Positions 24,848 through 38,307 of a stretch of 64,000 bases of DNA are shown here, one piece after another. The notes below the pieces were generated by a model. The model made no database searches. It was not told the origin of the DNA and worked only from the letters and a program-made list of their open reading frames with translations. Position 1 is the stretch's first letter. Each line of letters opens with the position of its first letter. The position numbers were made by a program, and so were the translations under genes. Source of the stretch: Eledone cirrhosa. Its lineage: Eukaryota. The stretch lies in NCBI GenBank assembly GCA_964016885.1, contig OZ024740.1:313100001-313164000 (forward strand), read 5' to 3'.

Positions 24848-25426
24848 CTAGAAAAGTGAAACACAAAGTTTGTCAACCAGGGTCAGAAGGAAAACCATAA
24901 CAACAAAGAAGCAAACAGTTACCATATATGGTGGCCTATTGGACGCCCCCTGATTTTACAAGGATATTTTGAGAAAATAATTGGAGCACATTTCTTCATA
25001 AAGTTATTAAAAATTATTTCATTGTATTTTCAGAAAACTCTTGTACAAGTTCGACATCATTTTGCTTATATAAATTGTATTGTATTACTGTATTAGTAAT
25101 ATTAATAGTAATACAAACTAAATATTTTAACCAAGATTGTCCTCACCCTCCATTTGCCCTCCCATTGGATTAGGGCAGATTTATTTTTATTTGTGTCCCC
25201 CTAAAGGTCACCAAATACGGTAATTCACAGTACGTCTCATCCTTTTGGTATGCTAACTTTTCTTAATGAGTAGTTAATTAATAGAGCACAGGTTCTCAAA
25301 CGAAGTTACTTATTCATATTCCTATGGTTACATAAGGGATTGGCACTGGATATACAATTTATAAAAACATTGGAATTTTAAAGTAACCACATGTGTATTG
25401 TAAACCTGACATACTATTTATTAACA

Positions 25427-25579
25427 TCACTACACCTGATGTCCCCCTCCATACACACGCACACACATATATTTCATGACTCGTACACTGTTCATTTTCC
25501 TGATTTTTTTACATTATTCTATATACTATACATGCACCTTTGATGAGTTGTAGTGCACCTGAGCACTGTACACAATAAT
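25427..25579 (+). mobile_element. 3'-end fragment of the CR1-group LINE, fused to the following copy
   Basis: cactacacctga...gagttgtagtgcacctgagcactgtacacaataat matches the LINE 3' UTR at 28097-28247. Confidence 0.85.
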
Positions 25580-28261
25580 CTCATTCCTTGTGTTGATTTG
25601 AACCAATCACAGCAGGAAGTATTTTTCTGCGATATATGTATGACCATGTCAACACTGCTACTTGGAGTCGTTTACCGTCCCCCAAATTACCATCAGGACA
25701 CTCAACTTTGTGATATCCTCAGAGCTGCTGCCAGGAAAACAGCCACTGATGTTTTTATTGCAGGGGACTTCAATCACCCTGAGATTGACTGGGAAACCTT
25801 TTGTTGGACGCCAAGTGCAAATGACTTCCTTGAGCTAGTGCTGGACTCGAATTGGTCCCAAGTAGTCACCTCCCCAACAAGAGGTGACAACACTTTGGAC
25901 CTACTCTTCACCACTACTCCTGAAACGGTCATTAGTGTTACTGCTGAGGAACCTTTAGGTGACTCTGATCATGCTATGATCATTGCCAATCTATCCCTCA
26001 TGGGCAGTAACAAAACCCACAACCATCTCCAAACTGCTCACTTTGACTGGAATAAAGCAGACTGGAACTGTTACTGCACCGAGTTGCAACGGCCAAACTG
26101 GCTTGAGTTCTATGACTCTGGAGATGTCAACACTGTACTCCAGAACATCCTGAGCTCAATATGGTCAGCATGTGCAGCATCGGTGCCACGTAAGCAGAAA
26201 AAACATCCCAAAAGTGCAATTTGGGAGACTGCAGCAGTCCGTCTTGCCAGAAAAGAATGTCGTAATGCTGAACTGCATAAATCAGACATCAATAGGAAGA
26301 GGCGAAATAAATCATCCAATCACCATCAAACAGGTGACAAAAAAGGCAGTGCTTCAATTTGAGCAGCGCATAGCAACCAGCCCTTACAGTAAGGTGTTCT
26401 GATAGTATGTTCACTCAAAGCAGAGGCCTCACTCTCCAGTTGGTCCTCTTCACAATCCCCACACAAGCCAGGATACTGACGACCCCAAGGAATGCGCAGA
26501 GTTCATTGCTGAATGCTATGCAGGCATTTTCACTATTGAAGACCAGAGTGTACCATCTCCACCACCTATGACACCGGACTCTATTACAACCATGGAATTT
26601 ACACCTGAAATGCTGCGACGTCACCTTAAAAATAAACGCAACCATGCCTCTCCTGGTCTTGATGGTGTTACGTACCTGCTTCTTAAACATAGTGGGTACT
26701 TCCTTCTGCACCAGCTATCACGTTTCTTCCAATTCTGTCTGAACAACAGTGCTACTCCAGAACAGTGGAAAACTGCCAGTGTCATTCCTCTTTTCAAAAA
26801 GGGTGACCATACATCACCTGTGAACTATCGTCCAGTCAGTCTTACTAGTTCCATTGCCAAACTGATGGAATCCTGTGTCAGAGAAACACTTTGGAACTTC
26901 TGGAACTCTCACAGCCTTATCTGGCCCTCGCAATTTGGATTTATCCCCAACTCCAGCTGCTGTGATCAAGTTATCGAGTTTCTTGAAGACATCACCCGGA
27001 TCACTGATGGCAGCTCATGGGTGGATGTTGTTTACTTGACTTTGCGAAAGCTTTCAATTCTGTGCCACACAAAAGGCTTATGACAAAACTCTCTGCAATG
27101 GGTGTGAAGGATGATCTTTTTAACTGGTTGAAGTCCTTCATTCTCAGTCGAAGAGAGGTAGTCACGGTTCTGAGACAGCATTCCTCCCCATATAAGATGT
27201 CATCTGGTGTACCACAGGGATCTGTTCTTGGCTCCCTTTTGTTTGTGGCATATATTAATGACATAGATGCCAACTTAAAGAATGCTACAGTACTGAAATA
27301 CGCAGATGACATCAAGCTGTACCTTGAGATAAAAAGGACAGATCCTGAACACTATAGATCTTGCTTGCAGTCTGACCTGGACACAATGCAACAATGGATC
27401 ACAGACTGGCAACTCAAGCTAGCTGTGGACAAGTGCACCACCATGCGTTTTGGGAGTAAAAAACCCAGCGTCCACATACTCCCTCCACAACACTGATATC
27501 AAGAAGTCTTCTTGTGAACATGACCTGGGCATTACGATCAGCAGCGATTTGCGTTGGACGAAGCACATCTCTAAAATTGTCAAGAGGGCCGAGGGTGTCT
27601 TAGCATCACTCAGCAAGACGTTTGTCAGCCGCTCTCCAGCTATCTAAAGCTGTATATGGCTATGGTGTGGCCACACTTAGAATTTGCATCACCAGTCTGG
27701 AACCCCTATCTTGCTCAGAACATTGACCGCCTGGAAACTGTTCAGAGACGTGCAACCAAGCGAATACCCTCCATCAGGCATCTACCATACTCTGAACGCC
27801 TTGCTTCCCTGGGCATGGATACATTGAAGCTCCGACGCCTGGCAGCTGACTTGGTAAACACCCACAAAATTATTAACCATCTTGCCAACAACAACCCTGA
27901 GTACCTTTTTGATTTCCTTGTGTCTAACACACGTGGGCATGCCCACAAAGTCAGAAAACAGCACAGTTCCCATGACTTTCGGAAACATTTTTTCACGCTC
28001 AGAGTTGCTGAAGCATGGAACAAACTACCTGCATCAGTTGTTAGCTGTCGAGACACTGCATCCTTTAAAACCGCCATGCTTCCCGAGATTCGCCAACACT
28101 ACACCTAATATTCCCCCTCCATACACATACACACATGTATATCATGACTCATACACTATTCACTTCCCTGACATTTGTATATTATTCTATGTACTATACA
28201 TGCACCTTTGACGAGTTGTAGTGCACCTGAGCACTTTACACAATAATTTCATTATTATTAT
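25580..28261 (+). mobile_element. 5'-truncated copy of the same CR1-group LINE (ORF2 pseudogene)
   Basis: Closely similar to 45813-48456. Several frameshifts and stops. (TAT)n tail. Confidence 0.95.
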
Positions 28262-29253
28262 TTCAGAACGCCCTCCACCACTGCTGACGAAATCAGCAGT
28301 GGTGGAGGGTGTTCTGAAAGTACAGTAGCCAGAGTCAGAACGGGATGGAAAAAGTTCAGAGAGCTTCTACCGCTGTTGGCCACAAAAGGTTTCTCTCTAA
28401 AAATGAAAGGCAGATTGTATGATGCCTGTATATGAACAGCAATGCTACATGGCAGTGAGACATGGGCATTACGTGCAGAGGACCTGCACAGACTGGAAAG
28501 GAACGAAGCATGCATGCTCCGTTGGATGTGTAATAGTAATATACGTGAACGGCAAAGCATAAATGAACTAAGTGAGAAATTAGGAATAAGAGGGATCAGA
28601 TACTGTTTACTTGAGAGAAGACTACGTTGGTATGGCCACGTGATGCGCATGAAAGATGATAGCTGTATAAAAAAGTGCATGGCGATCAAAATTGATGGTA
28701 GTTACGGAGTAGGTAGACCCAGAAAAATCTGGGACGATTTGATAAATTCCGACCTCACACACTTACATCTCTCTAAGAAAAATGTCACTGGACCGAGATC
28801 TTTGGCGCTACGCAGTAATACGGAAGACCCGCCTTGCCTATGTACAAAGCGAAACCTAGTCAGTAGGCACCTCTTAACCAAATATACACCCCAATCCACT
28901 ACCCCTACCCTATCCTCCCACTCCCACCAACACCACCCTCTCTCTGTAAAGTTGGTACCACAACATCCAGTCCAAATAAATGAGATAATAAGATCGAGAT
29001 CGTGTAGGTGTCACGAGAAAAAAAACACACAGTCCACGTTGTAATGTGGCCGTGTAGGTAACACAGTAAAAAGTTCCCAGTTCCACACTGTAAATGTGGT
29101 TGGTGTTAGGAAGGGCATCCAGCCGGAGAAAACCTGCCAGATAGTCCTATATGAGCGAGACACGGTCACCCGACCAACCTTGCCTCAAGTGGGACAACTC
29201 TCGTCTAACCTATGCTAGCGTGGAAGATGGACGTTAAACGAAGATGATGATGA
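28262..29253 (+). mobile_element. RTE-clade LINE 3' part, inserted in the CR1 (TAT)n tail
   Basis: WKKFREL, MLHGSETW, RRLRWYGHVMRM and GRPRKIW motifs. Family 3' end tggaagatggacgttaaacg + (gat)n. Confidence 0.92.
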
Positions 29254-29262
29254 TTATCATTA

Positions 29263-29500
29263 TTATTAACAAACACCACTACTGTGTAATGTAAACCTAA
29301 CATACTATTAACAAACACCATTACTATGTAATGTAAACCTGACATACTATTTATTAACAAACACCATTACTATGTAATGTAAACCTGACATACTATTTAT
29401 TAACAAACACCATTACTATGTAATGTAAACCTAACATACTGTTAAACACCATTACTACGTAATGTAAACCTGATATACTATTAACAAACACCATTACTAT
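29263..29500. repeat. minisatellite of about 45-49 bp, about 5 copies
   Basis: attaacaaacaccattactatgtaatgtaaacctgacatact units. Confidence 0.9.
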
Positions 29501-29852
29501 ATATTACATTGATTTAATTTATTTATAGTTCTCCTCCTTAATTGTTTCCTTCACAAAGTTGAGGTTTCTTTTTTATATACTGAGCTCCAGAATAAGTCTT
29601 TCTTATATCTTCAATATGTCTGTTTGAACATCTGTACATGTTTAATTTGACTGGAAAATGTTATACTAGGTAAGATGTCATTTGAAAAATATTTTATTGT
29701 TATTCATTCTTGCAGATCAACTGAAAACAAAGGCTTTCTCCCTGGCATATGGAGGGGAAGAGTTACTTCATAGACATGACACATCAAAGAAGCATTAAGA
29801 GCTATTTCACACCCCTCCCCACCCCTCCAAAAAACAAGTCTTTGTTATTTAC

Positions 29853-29924
29853 CTGAGTTAAGGCTATGTTACCTCCAATCATCTTCAGTTGCTCCTTCTT
29901 GGTTTCCATGTTGCCTAAGTTAGA
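29853..29924 (-). CDS. SLC41A1: SLC41A coding exon 3 (SNLGNMETKKEQLKMIGGNIALTQ)
   Basis: Translated by hand; not in the ORF track. tttcag acceptor, GTAAAT donor. 72 nt, phase 0-0. Fits the SLC41 segment that follows RLST. Confidence 0.95.
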
Positions 29925-30382
29925 CTGAAACAAAACAAAAAATTAAACAGATTTAAAAATTGCTTCATCAACAGAGAAATGTTTATATATATTTGTATAG
30001 CATTGATGATGATGATGATATATATATAAAATTATGTAATTCTTGGAGAGATTCCGAGTGACAGTGTATATAACACAGTTAGCACTTTACATTACAGGTA
30101 CAGTCAATCTGACAGGCTTCTATATAGTTTCTGTCTACACAATTTAACCCAGAAAGCTTGGGTTTACCCGAGGTTATGGTAAATGATGTTTGCTCAAGAT
30201 GTAGAGGGATTAAACCTAGGACTTTATGAATGCAAAGTGAGATTGCTAACCATTCCACAATGTTGCATGCATCCATATATATATATATATATATATAAAG
30301 GGTAATGAGCCATTTTAGTTACTAATGACTATGGGTTTTGTAGCAAGAAAGCTCCCCACCGAGGTACAAGTCCAGGCAAGGA

Positions 30383-30485
30383 TGGCTACTCTAGCTGCCC
30401 GACTGTCGAGGAGTTCTCGCACATGGTTACTCTAGCCATCCCATGGTCGAGGGGTTCTTGCACACGGCTACTCTAGCCACCCCAT
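30383..30485. repeat. tandem repeat of about 41 bp, about 2.5 copies
   Basis: ggctactctagcc..ccc..gtcgagg.gttct.gcaca units. Confidence 0.75.
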
Positions 30486-31289
30486 TACCGTGTGCAGCAC
30501 TAACCTTACTCTATATATATATATATATATATATATACAATATGTGAAGGCATATGCGATTCACAAATGTCATTGACAGACAACTACTGAAAATAACTCA
30601 TGTCATCACAACTTGGAAAAGGAAGCAGATGGCTTATTGATAGCCGCAGATTAAACATTTCATACAAATTGCTAAGACCAACAGTTATCACATGGGTTGA
30701 AGGCAAAATATTCCTTGAGATCTGTAGCAGGCGTTATGTTGTCACTTTGTCATGAATTATTTGATCTATTTTCAGGTAAGAACAGATTAAAATAAACTAA
30801 ATATAATTTGTTTGATGTACGTGCTTCTCTGACAATTATTAAGACAGCTTATATCAGTCTGAATATTGGAATATTGTATTTTCATCTTGATTAGAATTTG
30901 TGAAAATAATCTGATGTAATCTAGAATGTAGTGCCACTGTAAGGTAATCAAGTAAAATAATAACAGGAACAAAACAAAATCAGAAAAAAAAACTCAAAAC
31001 AAACATGCACAGTATATAGTTTGGGGTTTTACATAATAAGAAATAAATAAAAAGTGGTTAATGTTTCAGTGAGTGTTACTTTGGACGAGAAAAGGAGGGA
31101 AAAGAAAGAAAAAAATTGGGAGGGAGGGAGCAGGAGAGAAGAAACCTACATGTTTTCAGTAGTGTCTCACATAGTGAAATGGTGGATATGAAGGAAGGGT
31201 AAATGAAGTTCTTTGCCAGCCAGGTCAGAGAGTGGAGTAGGGAAAATGATATGTAGAGCAACAAAGATTGTTGTTCACAGTGGGTGAAG

Positions 31290-31757
31290 GGTAGGAGTCG
31301 GTGTGACCTATGAATGTATGCAAAGGCTGTATGTGTTGGATATGAGAAATTGTATGAATCTATAGGTGACTTCAGAGGACATGCGTTGACTGGAGAGAAA
31401 TAAAGCAACCACGTTTCGTTGGAAGTGCAATGCAGATGTGAGAAAAAGACAGAGCTTGTATGAGCTGAGGGAGAAATTGGGTTTAAGGCGAATCCGAGAT
31501 GGTGTGCAGGAGAGAGGACTGCGTTGGCATAGACAATGACCACTGGGTGAAGAAATGCCAGGAAATCCCAGCGGAAAGAAGCTACAATAGAGAACGACCA
31601 AGAAAGACCTGGGTAGAGGTTGTGAGAGCAAACCTCAAATTGCTAAGACTGGCAGATGAGATGACGAAGGAACGCGACAAGTAGAGAGATGCCGTGCTGA
31701 GAAGGACCCATCCAACCCATGCAAGCATGGAAAAGTGGACATAAAAACAATGATGAT
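31290..31757 (+). mobile_element. older RTE-clade LINE 3' fragment
   Basis: Degenerate ERxLRW and RPRKTW motifs. End reads aacccatgcaagcatggaaaagtggacataaaa-(gat)n. Confidence 0.8.
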
Positions 31758-33379
31758 ATAGGGAGAAAACGCAATTGCTGAAACCATGTGAGAATGCCAC
31801 ACCAAGAGATAAAATTATTTGTTTGCATTGCAATTGTAATATGAGAGGTCCATGATATAAGACAATAGCAGAGATGGAGAGGTGTAGAGAAATAAGGTCA
31901 GCTGAGGTGATGTGGTGAGCCAATAGTGAGTCAGCAGTGTTTTGTCAAATGCCTAGATGTTCCCTAAATTGATCTGTTAGTCCCTTTGATCAGCCTTACC
32001 TACAAACCTACAACACAGTAGGTCACATAGTTGGAATTTTATACAGTAATGGTTGAAGTGGTGTTGGTGACATTCAAGAAGAAGTTGTTAGATCTTGTTT
32101 GGGTGATGTGTAGTGTAGCAAAGGTGGGTGAAGAACAGATGCATGCATGTGTGGTCCTGTAACTCCTGAGGAAGTTGTAGGGGCACTGTATTGACATATG
32201 ACATTTCTAGGGTATTTTTTTAACCCGGTGAAGCCTATCCCTTTCCAGGTCTAAATACAGATTTTCTCCAGAGAAGGATAAAGAGTTAGAGAATGGAAGT
32301 GAAAAAGAGCTATAGAGGAAGAACGACCTCAGTACTAGACTAGTACTTTATTATTGACTGCGAATGAGTGAAAGACAAAGTTAACCTCAGCGGGATTTGA
32401 ACTACGAGAGTAGAGAGCCGAAACGAATGCTGCTAAGCATTCTATCCAATATTCTAACGACTCAGTCAATTCGCTGCCTATGAAGAACAGATAACGGATC
32501 TGAATTGAGTATGTGAAGTGCAGAATAACTATTGACTAGCAAGTTATGCAGATAGCAGGCATAGCTTAAGAAGGAGAGGAGGGGGCATGAGGGAAATAAC
32601 AGATTTAGATTAGAGGAGATGGAAGTAAAGTAGGATGGTACCCCGGAGAGGTAATGTGGTAGGTGAGGAAAGGGAAAGCAGTTGATGGTGGTGGGACAAA
32701 CACAAGACATGAAGACAGAAGTATGATTAACATCACGAGTATAGGGGCATGTGACATTGATGACTGTTTGGAGGTAACTGGGTTGTTTAAAGTTTCCTGA
32801 CCATATGTTAGGACTGGATCTTGAAATGAGGGTCATGGCTGGAGAAGCAGTGGAATCAGAAAGAGAGAACAGATTTTATGTGAGTGGAGTGGGATGAGGT
32901 AAAGATAGGGTAGGAGTTGGAGGTTTGCAAAAGGTAAAGGAGGAGATAGCAAAGTTAGGATGGTCAATGGAACTAGAGATGTGGGATGTCCTAAATGTTG
33001 AGAGATGTGGTAGATGTGACTTCTAGGATAGGGTGGAAGGAATTGAACTGTTTATGGATGAGAAAGATGGTTATAGTCACCACTGTAATGACCAGTAAAT
33101 TGTATAAGGACCTGGACTACAACATGACCAACAAACAGGTTAACATAGGGCCTTATTATGGTTTACATGGTCACCTCAATTATCTGCTGATAGGACTCTG
33201 GAAAAGGAGAATCAGTTGAGGTTAGGAATGAGTTTAGCAAGGAGGAATAGAGTAGTTTCAAGCATTTTGGTATCAAGAAGGTTAATAGTAAATAATTTAA
33301 TGGACAGGTGTGTGTTCACCAAGGATTTTGTTCTGAAATGGGATATTTTGACTTGTATTTTTTCCAAAATAATTCTTAC

Positions 33380-33487
33380 CTGTGTAGAAAGCCGAGATGC
33401 TAAGGTCATTTCAAGGTTACCTTTCAAACCTAACAAGGCTGGTACAAGAATGAATACTTCAGGAACTTGCTGGAAGACATTCCAATG
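33380..33487 (-). CDS. SLC41A1: SLC41A coding exon 2 ([36 protein letters not shown])
   Basis: MgtE-domain PX6GN motif (PALLGLKGN). AG acceptor, GTAAGA donor. 108 nt, phase 0-0. Confidence 0.97.
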
Positions 33488-33529
33488 CTGGAAAAATGTA
33501 AAAATAAAACAAATATATAATAATAATAA

Positions 33530-33710
33530 TGATTTCTGATCTAGGCACAAGGCCAGCAATTTTTTGGGAGGGAAAATCGATTAAATTGACCCCAGTGCAT
33601 TACTGGTGTTTTATTTTATCAACCCCGGCTAACCTTGGCGGGATTTGAACTCAGAATGTAAAGAGACATAACTCTGTGCTGCAAAGCATGGTGTCCGACG
33701 CTCTACCGTT
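33530..33710 (-). mobile_element. SINE (Deu/Nin-like family) next to the exon 2 acceptor
   Basis: Family sequence with a short internal deletion. Confidence 0.8.
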
Positions 33711-34010
33711 ACAGTCATTCCATAATAATAACAACAATAATAAGGAGCACAAATAAAGTATCAATATAGCATCATTATGTTTATTCAAATGTGACGCATG
33801 TTTCGTGATCAATCAGCTCAAGGTATGATTGGTATTGATCACACTTGACTCTGAAATTGATAGCTCATCAGACTTGTGGATAGTCTAATGAATGTAGATA
33901 CCTGTGGGCAGAATTATGCATATTTAAGGTTTCAATGAGGTATTCCACATTAGATATTACACAAATCAATAGTAGCTAAACTAAAGTTAGGGGCCGAAAT
34001 ACTCGCTTAA

Positions 34011-34186
34011 CCCTTTAGCATTCACATTACTCTATATTTACTATTGTATTTTCTTGGTAAGGCTTTATCTTACACAATTATCTCACATAATATTGAATCT
34101 CTGAGATTTTGATATTATTTATTTTGAGAACAATACCTTAACATAAGTATGAGCAGTCGGTTATGGCATGTTTAAATGCTAAAGGG
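34011..34186. mobile_element. piggyBac-type MITE
   Basis: TTAA TSD and ccctttagcatt TIRs. Same family, reversed. Confidence 0.88.
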
Positions 34187-34762
34187 TTAAGGGTTTTTTT
34201 TTCTGAAGACCTTTGTCCAGCTCTCCTGAGAGTTTCCTATCACTATATATATATGTGTATATACATAAAAGGGTAAAAGATTGTTGTTAAGTAGTTCTTG
34301 ATGAACTCTGACCAAACAGATCTATTAAACATGTAGGTTGTTTACAATTAGATTACTGTTCCCGATCTACCAGATCTACCATATCTCAACCAGATGATGT
34401 CCTCATATTGCACATTCTAACATACAGTGAGGAAATCACAGTAGTTTTGTTCTCTTTCCAGTGACCAGTTTTTTCTGAATGTCTCTAGTTCTCTCTGATT
34501 GCATAGATGTATAAACAAAGGCATCGTTTTTCCAGACACAATACAGCTAGGACTACATTATCTAATATGCTCTTTCTTTTTGAAGATAGGAAGTAGTTTC
34601 AGTGACCACATACAGCCCTCAGCCCCTCATATGACTGTGGTAGTTGTTGTCTAGTGACAGGTTTTCTCTGATTGAGCTGACATGTAATCAATAATTTATA
34701 GTGGTTTGTTGTGGGAGACTTTGGTGCTATTTCTTCTAGTAGTTTCAGTGACTGAAACTTCA

Positions 34763-35945
34763 TCTTATATATATATATATTATATATATATAAAGTTGTA
34801 GTTCCTGTCTGTTTGTTTGTTCACGAACTCCTCCTATGGTTTTGGAGATAGACCCCCATAACCATATATATATTAAGAAACTACATTGCCCAGGGTATTT
34901 GGATAAGTAAAATTAGAGATAAGAGGGATCAGATGTTGTTTACTCGAGAGAAGGCTACGTTGGTATGGACACGTGATGCGCATGAAAGTCGATAGCTGTA
35001 TAACAAAGTGCAGGGCAATAAAGATAGACGGTAGTCACGGAATAGGCAGACCTAGAAAAACCTGGGACGAGCTGATAAACTCCGACATCACACACTTACA
35101 CCTCTCCAAGACAATGTCACTGGACCGAGACCTTTGGCGGTACTCAGTAACAGAGAAGACCCGCCTTACCTAAATATATAGTAAAACCTACTCCAGCCAG
35201 TAGGCATCTCTAACAAAATACACCCCGTCCCACCACCACCACCCCCACCCCATCCACACCACCCCGTTCTATGTAAAGTTATGTTGGTGCCGCGCCATCG
35301 AGGCCGAAACAAATGAGATCGTGTAGGTGTCACGACAAAAAAACACACAGTCCACGCTGTAATGTGGCCGTGTAGGCAACACGGTAAAAACCTCCCAGAC
35401 CCACACTGTAAATGTGGTTGGTGTTAGGAAGGGCATCCAACTGTAGAAAACCTGCCAGACAGTCCTATGCGAGCAAGACAATCACTCTTGCCTCAAGTGG
35501 GACTACCCCCGTCCAAACCCATGCAAGCGTGGAACACGGACGTTAAACGTTGATGATGATGATGATGATGATGATATTTCATTTTAATCAAAGGGTTCCC
35601 CGGGGGCACAAACCCGCACTGAAAATTTTTTCTCTTCGATTTATATGAAATTTAAACCATAGGAAATGACACAAGATATGATGTCTATTCACAAAAGTTT
35701 TGAATTGATATTTTGAAAAAATTATTTACAAGAAACAAAATAAGAATAAGATTTAATAATGTAATTTTGATTTGATATATTACAAAAAATAATGTTTTCC
35801 AATTTTTCATGCATTACATTTTACATTGAGTAATATTGAAATGCAGAGTTTTTATCCATAAATTATATCACTGATTTAAAATCAATCATCATTTTCTTAC
35901 AAAAAAAATGTGTGAAACGCAGCAAGGCGCAGGTAATTCAGCTAG
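34763..35945 (+). mobile_element. non-autonomous Helitron, interrupted by an RTE fragment
   Basis: A|TC 5' end followed by (TA)n and tgtctgtttgtttg. 3' GC-rich subterminal motif cgcagcaaggcgcaggt and CTAG|T end. No TSD. Confidence 0.72.
34909..35575 (+). mobile_element. RTE-clade LINE 3' part nested in a Helitron
   Basis: RRLRWYGHVMRM and GRPRKTW motifs, 3' UTR nearly identical to 5407-5939, (gat)n tail. Confidence 0.9.
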
Positions 35946-37084
35946 TGTGTATATAAATTTATACATTTTTAGTATATAAATATGTAAACAAGCTAGATGT
36001 ATTTCCCTGCAAATTGAAAAAAATAATAAATTTATCATTTTATCATTCTTTTCAATATACAAGGATATGAACATTGGTCATATTTACATGTGTGAATTTA
36101 TATACATATTTATGCAGTCTTGGTTACTTCTGTTCTGTATATAAACAGATATATTTTGTCATATACTTTAGCTGCTTAGCATACAACTTAATATATAATA
36201 TATATATATAATTTGTACATTTCTTTCTGTTGATCAAAGGTGGTACTCGTGACCTGTCTGTGTATGTTTGTGCATATTTCATTTTTAAAATTTGCATTAT
36301 GTATATGCTGTTGTCGCTTATTATGTATTCGGCTGTTGTTGTTGTTTAACCCTAGGTCAACCCTGATCAAGCAGACCTATGATCAAAGGTATTTCAGCTT
36401 TGACCATCATGCTTTTCAGAATGTACATAGTACTACATTAGCTAATGTGTCTTTTTATTTTTTAAGACATGATTTGAGGGGGATTTGGCTGCTATTTCTG
36501 CCAGGAGTTGCAACTGGCAGATAGTATCAGTAATGGAAAGACCAATGGAAACATTGTTCCTTTGTCTGATTTGATGAGTTCCACCTCACTTGGTAAGCGA
36601 ATGAAGTCTGGGATCTTGCTGATCATTCTATAGAGGGAGTTGTGGTAGGTCAAGTAACTACACAAAAACTCCTGGTGTTGTATATAATCCTAAGTATTTT
36701 TGTCTTCTCTGTGAGTGTGGTATGTGTGGTATGTGTCTTCTCTGTGTGTGTGGTATGTTTATGTTGGTGATTATCACAGTTGATTGTATTTGGTGTTGTC
36801 TGGTGTTGCTGTTAAGAAAAGAGACAGTGGATATAGATGTTCATCTAAGTCTGTTGCTGATTAGAGCTAGGTTTCTAAGTGATTGATGTGGAGTTGAAGT
36901 AACTGTGCAGCTGTGTCTACAGATTGGTAGGAGGATGCAATTGTTATCTTGTCTGTGTATAAGGAAGTGTAGTGATGATGTATGTGGAAGATGGTAGTAT
37001 GGTTATTGTAATGGTAGTATGGTTATTGTAATGGTAGTAGTAATGATAGTTATTCTGGCGTCATGCAGTAATACAGAGTACCCA

Positions 37085-37451
37085 ACCTCCCATGGGTACA
37101 AGCTGAAGCATATAGACAATATGCCCCCACACCCTCCCACTGCAAGGTGGTCGTGGAGGTGCCACGGCAAAAAAGCACCCAGCCCACACTGTAAAGTGGA
37201 CGTGTAGGCGCCACGAAAAAGCACCCAGCCCACACTGTAAAGTGGACGTGTAGGCGCCACAAAAAAGCACCCAGCACTCACTGTAAATGAGGTTGGTGTT
37301 AGGAAGGGCATCCAGCTGTAGAAATCAAGCCAAATCAGTTCCTGTATGAGCAAGGCATGGTCAGCCGACCAGACACTGCCCACAATAGGACAACCCGTCT
37401 AACCCATGCTAGCGTGGAAGAACGGACGTAAAACGGTGATGATGATGATGA
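37085..37451 (+). mobile_element. RTE 3' UTR fragment with an internal tandem unit of about 49 bp
   Basis: Near-identical to 42880-43165, with extra aaaagcacccagcccacactgtaaagtgg units. Confidence 0.88.
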
Positions 37452-37669
37452 GTCAGAAGTAATAGTGATAGCAATGATGGTGACAGTAGGGGAGGGTGGT
37501 TATGATGATTGTAAAAGCCATGTTACAATCCACAATTATATAATGAACTATTGAATACAAGGAAATAATCGAAGTATTAAACATTATATATGTGTTCAAT
37601 ACATTGAAGTGGATTCAGTGGAATTGCTAGATAGACAGACAGATAGAGATGTGGGACTGCACTGTACAA

Positions 37670-38052
37670 TTATTTCTACTTTTAGCACAAGGCCAGCAAT
37701 TACCCGGTACATTACTGGTACTTTATTTTATCGACCCCATAAGGATGAAAGGCAAAGTTAACCTCGGCAGGATTTGAACTCAGACCATAAAGGAGCGTAA
37801 CTCTATGCTGCAAAGTATGGCATCCGACCCTCTACCGATACTACCAATCCACATGATAATAAATAATTGTTTCCACTTTAGGCACAAGGCCAGCAATTAC
37901 CCAGTGCATTACTGGTACTTTATTTTATCGACCCCGTGAGGATGAAAGGCAAAGTCAACCTCGGCGGGATTTGAACTCAGATCATAAAGGGACGTAACTA
38001 TGCTGGAAAGCATGGCGTCCGACCCTCTACCGATACTGCCAATCCACTGCCC
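37670..38052 (-). mobile_element. two tandem SINE copies (Deu/Nin-like family)
   Basis: Two head-to-tail units of about 190 bp. Confidence 0.88.
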
Positions 38053-38074
38053 ACATGATAATAAATAATAAACA

Positions 38075-38152
38075 AAAGACAGTTACTTTAGACTATCCCA
38101 ATTTATTTTATCATAATAAAATAAATTGGGATGGTCTAACGTAACTGTCTTT
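38075..38152. repeat. 78-bp palindrome
   Basis: 37-bp arms with 2 mismatches and a 4-nt loop. Confidence 0.92.
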
Positions 38153-38307
38153 CATATATAGAGAAAGAGAGCCATACTCTACCATCCCAAGTATCAATTA
38201 CACTGTTGAGTACTGGTCTAACTAGTTTGAAACTAGTTCTATCCTGATTTATATGTGTGTGTGTGTATGGAAAATAGACGTTAAACGATGATGATTATAT
38301 ATATATA

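Noticed and set aside
31960-33360. Purine-rich stretch as a possible extra exon or gene
   Set aside because: No open frame. It looks like highly decayed antisense retroelement sequence that I cannot classify, and the SLC41A CDS is complete without it.
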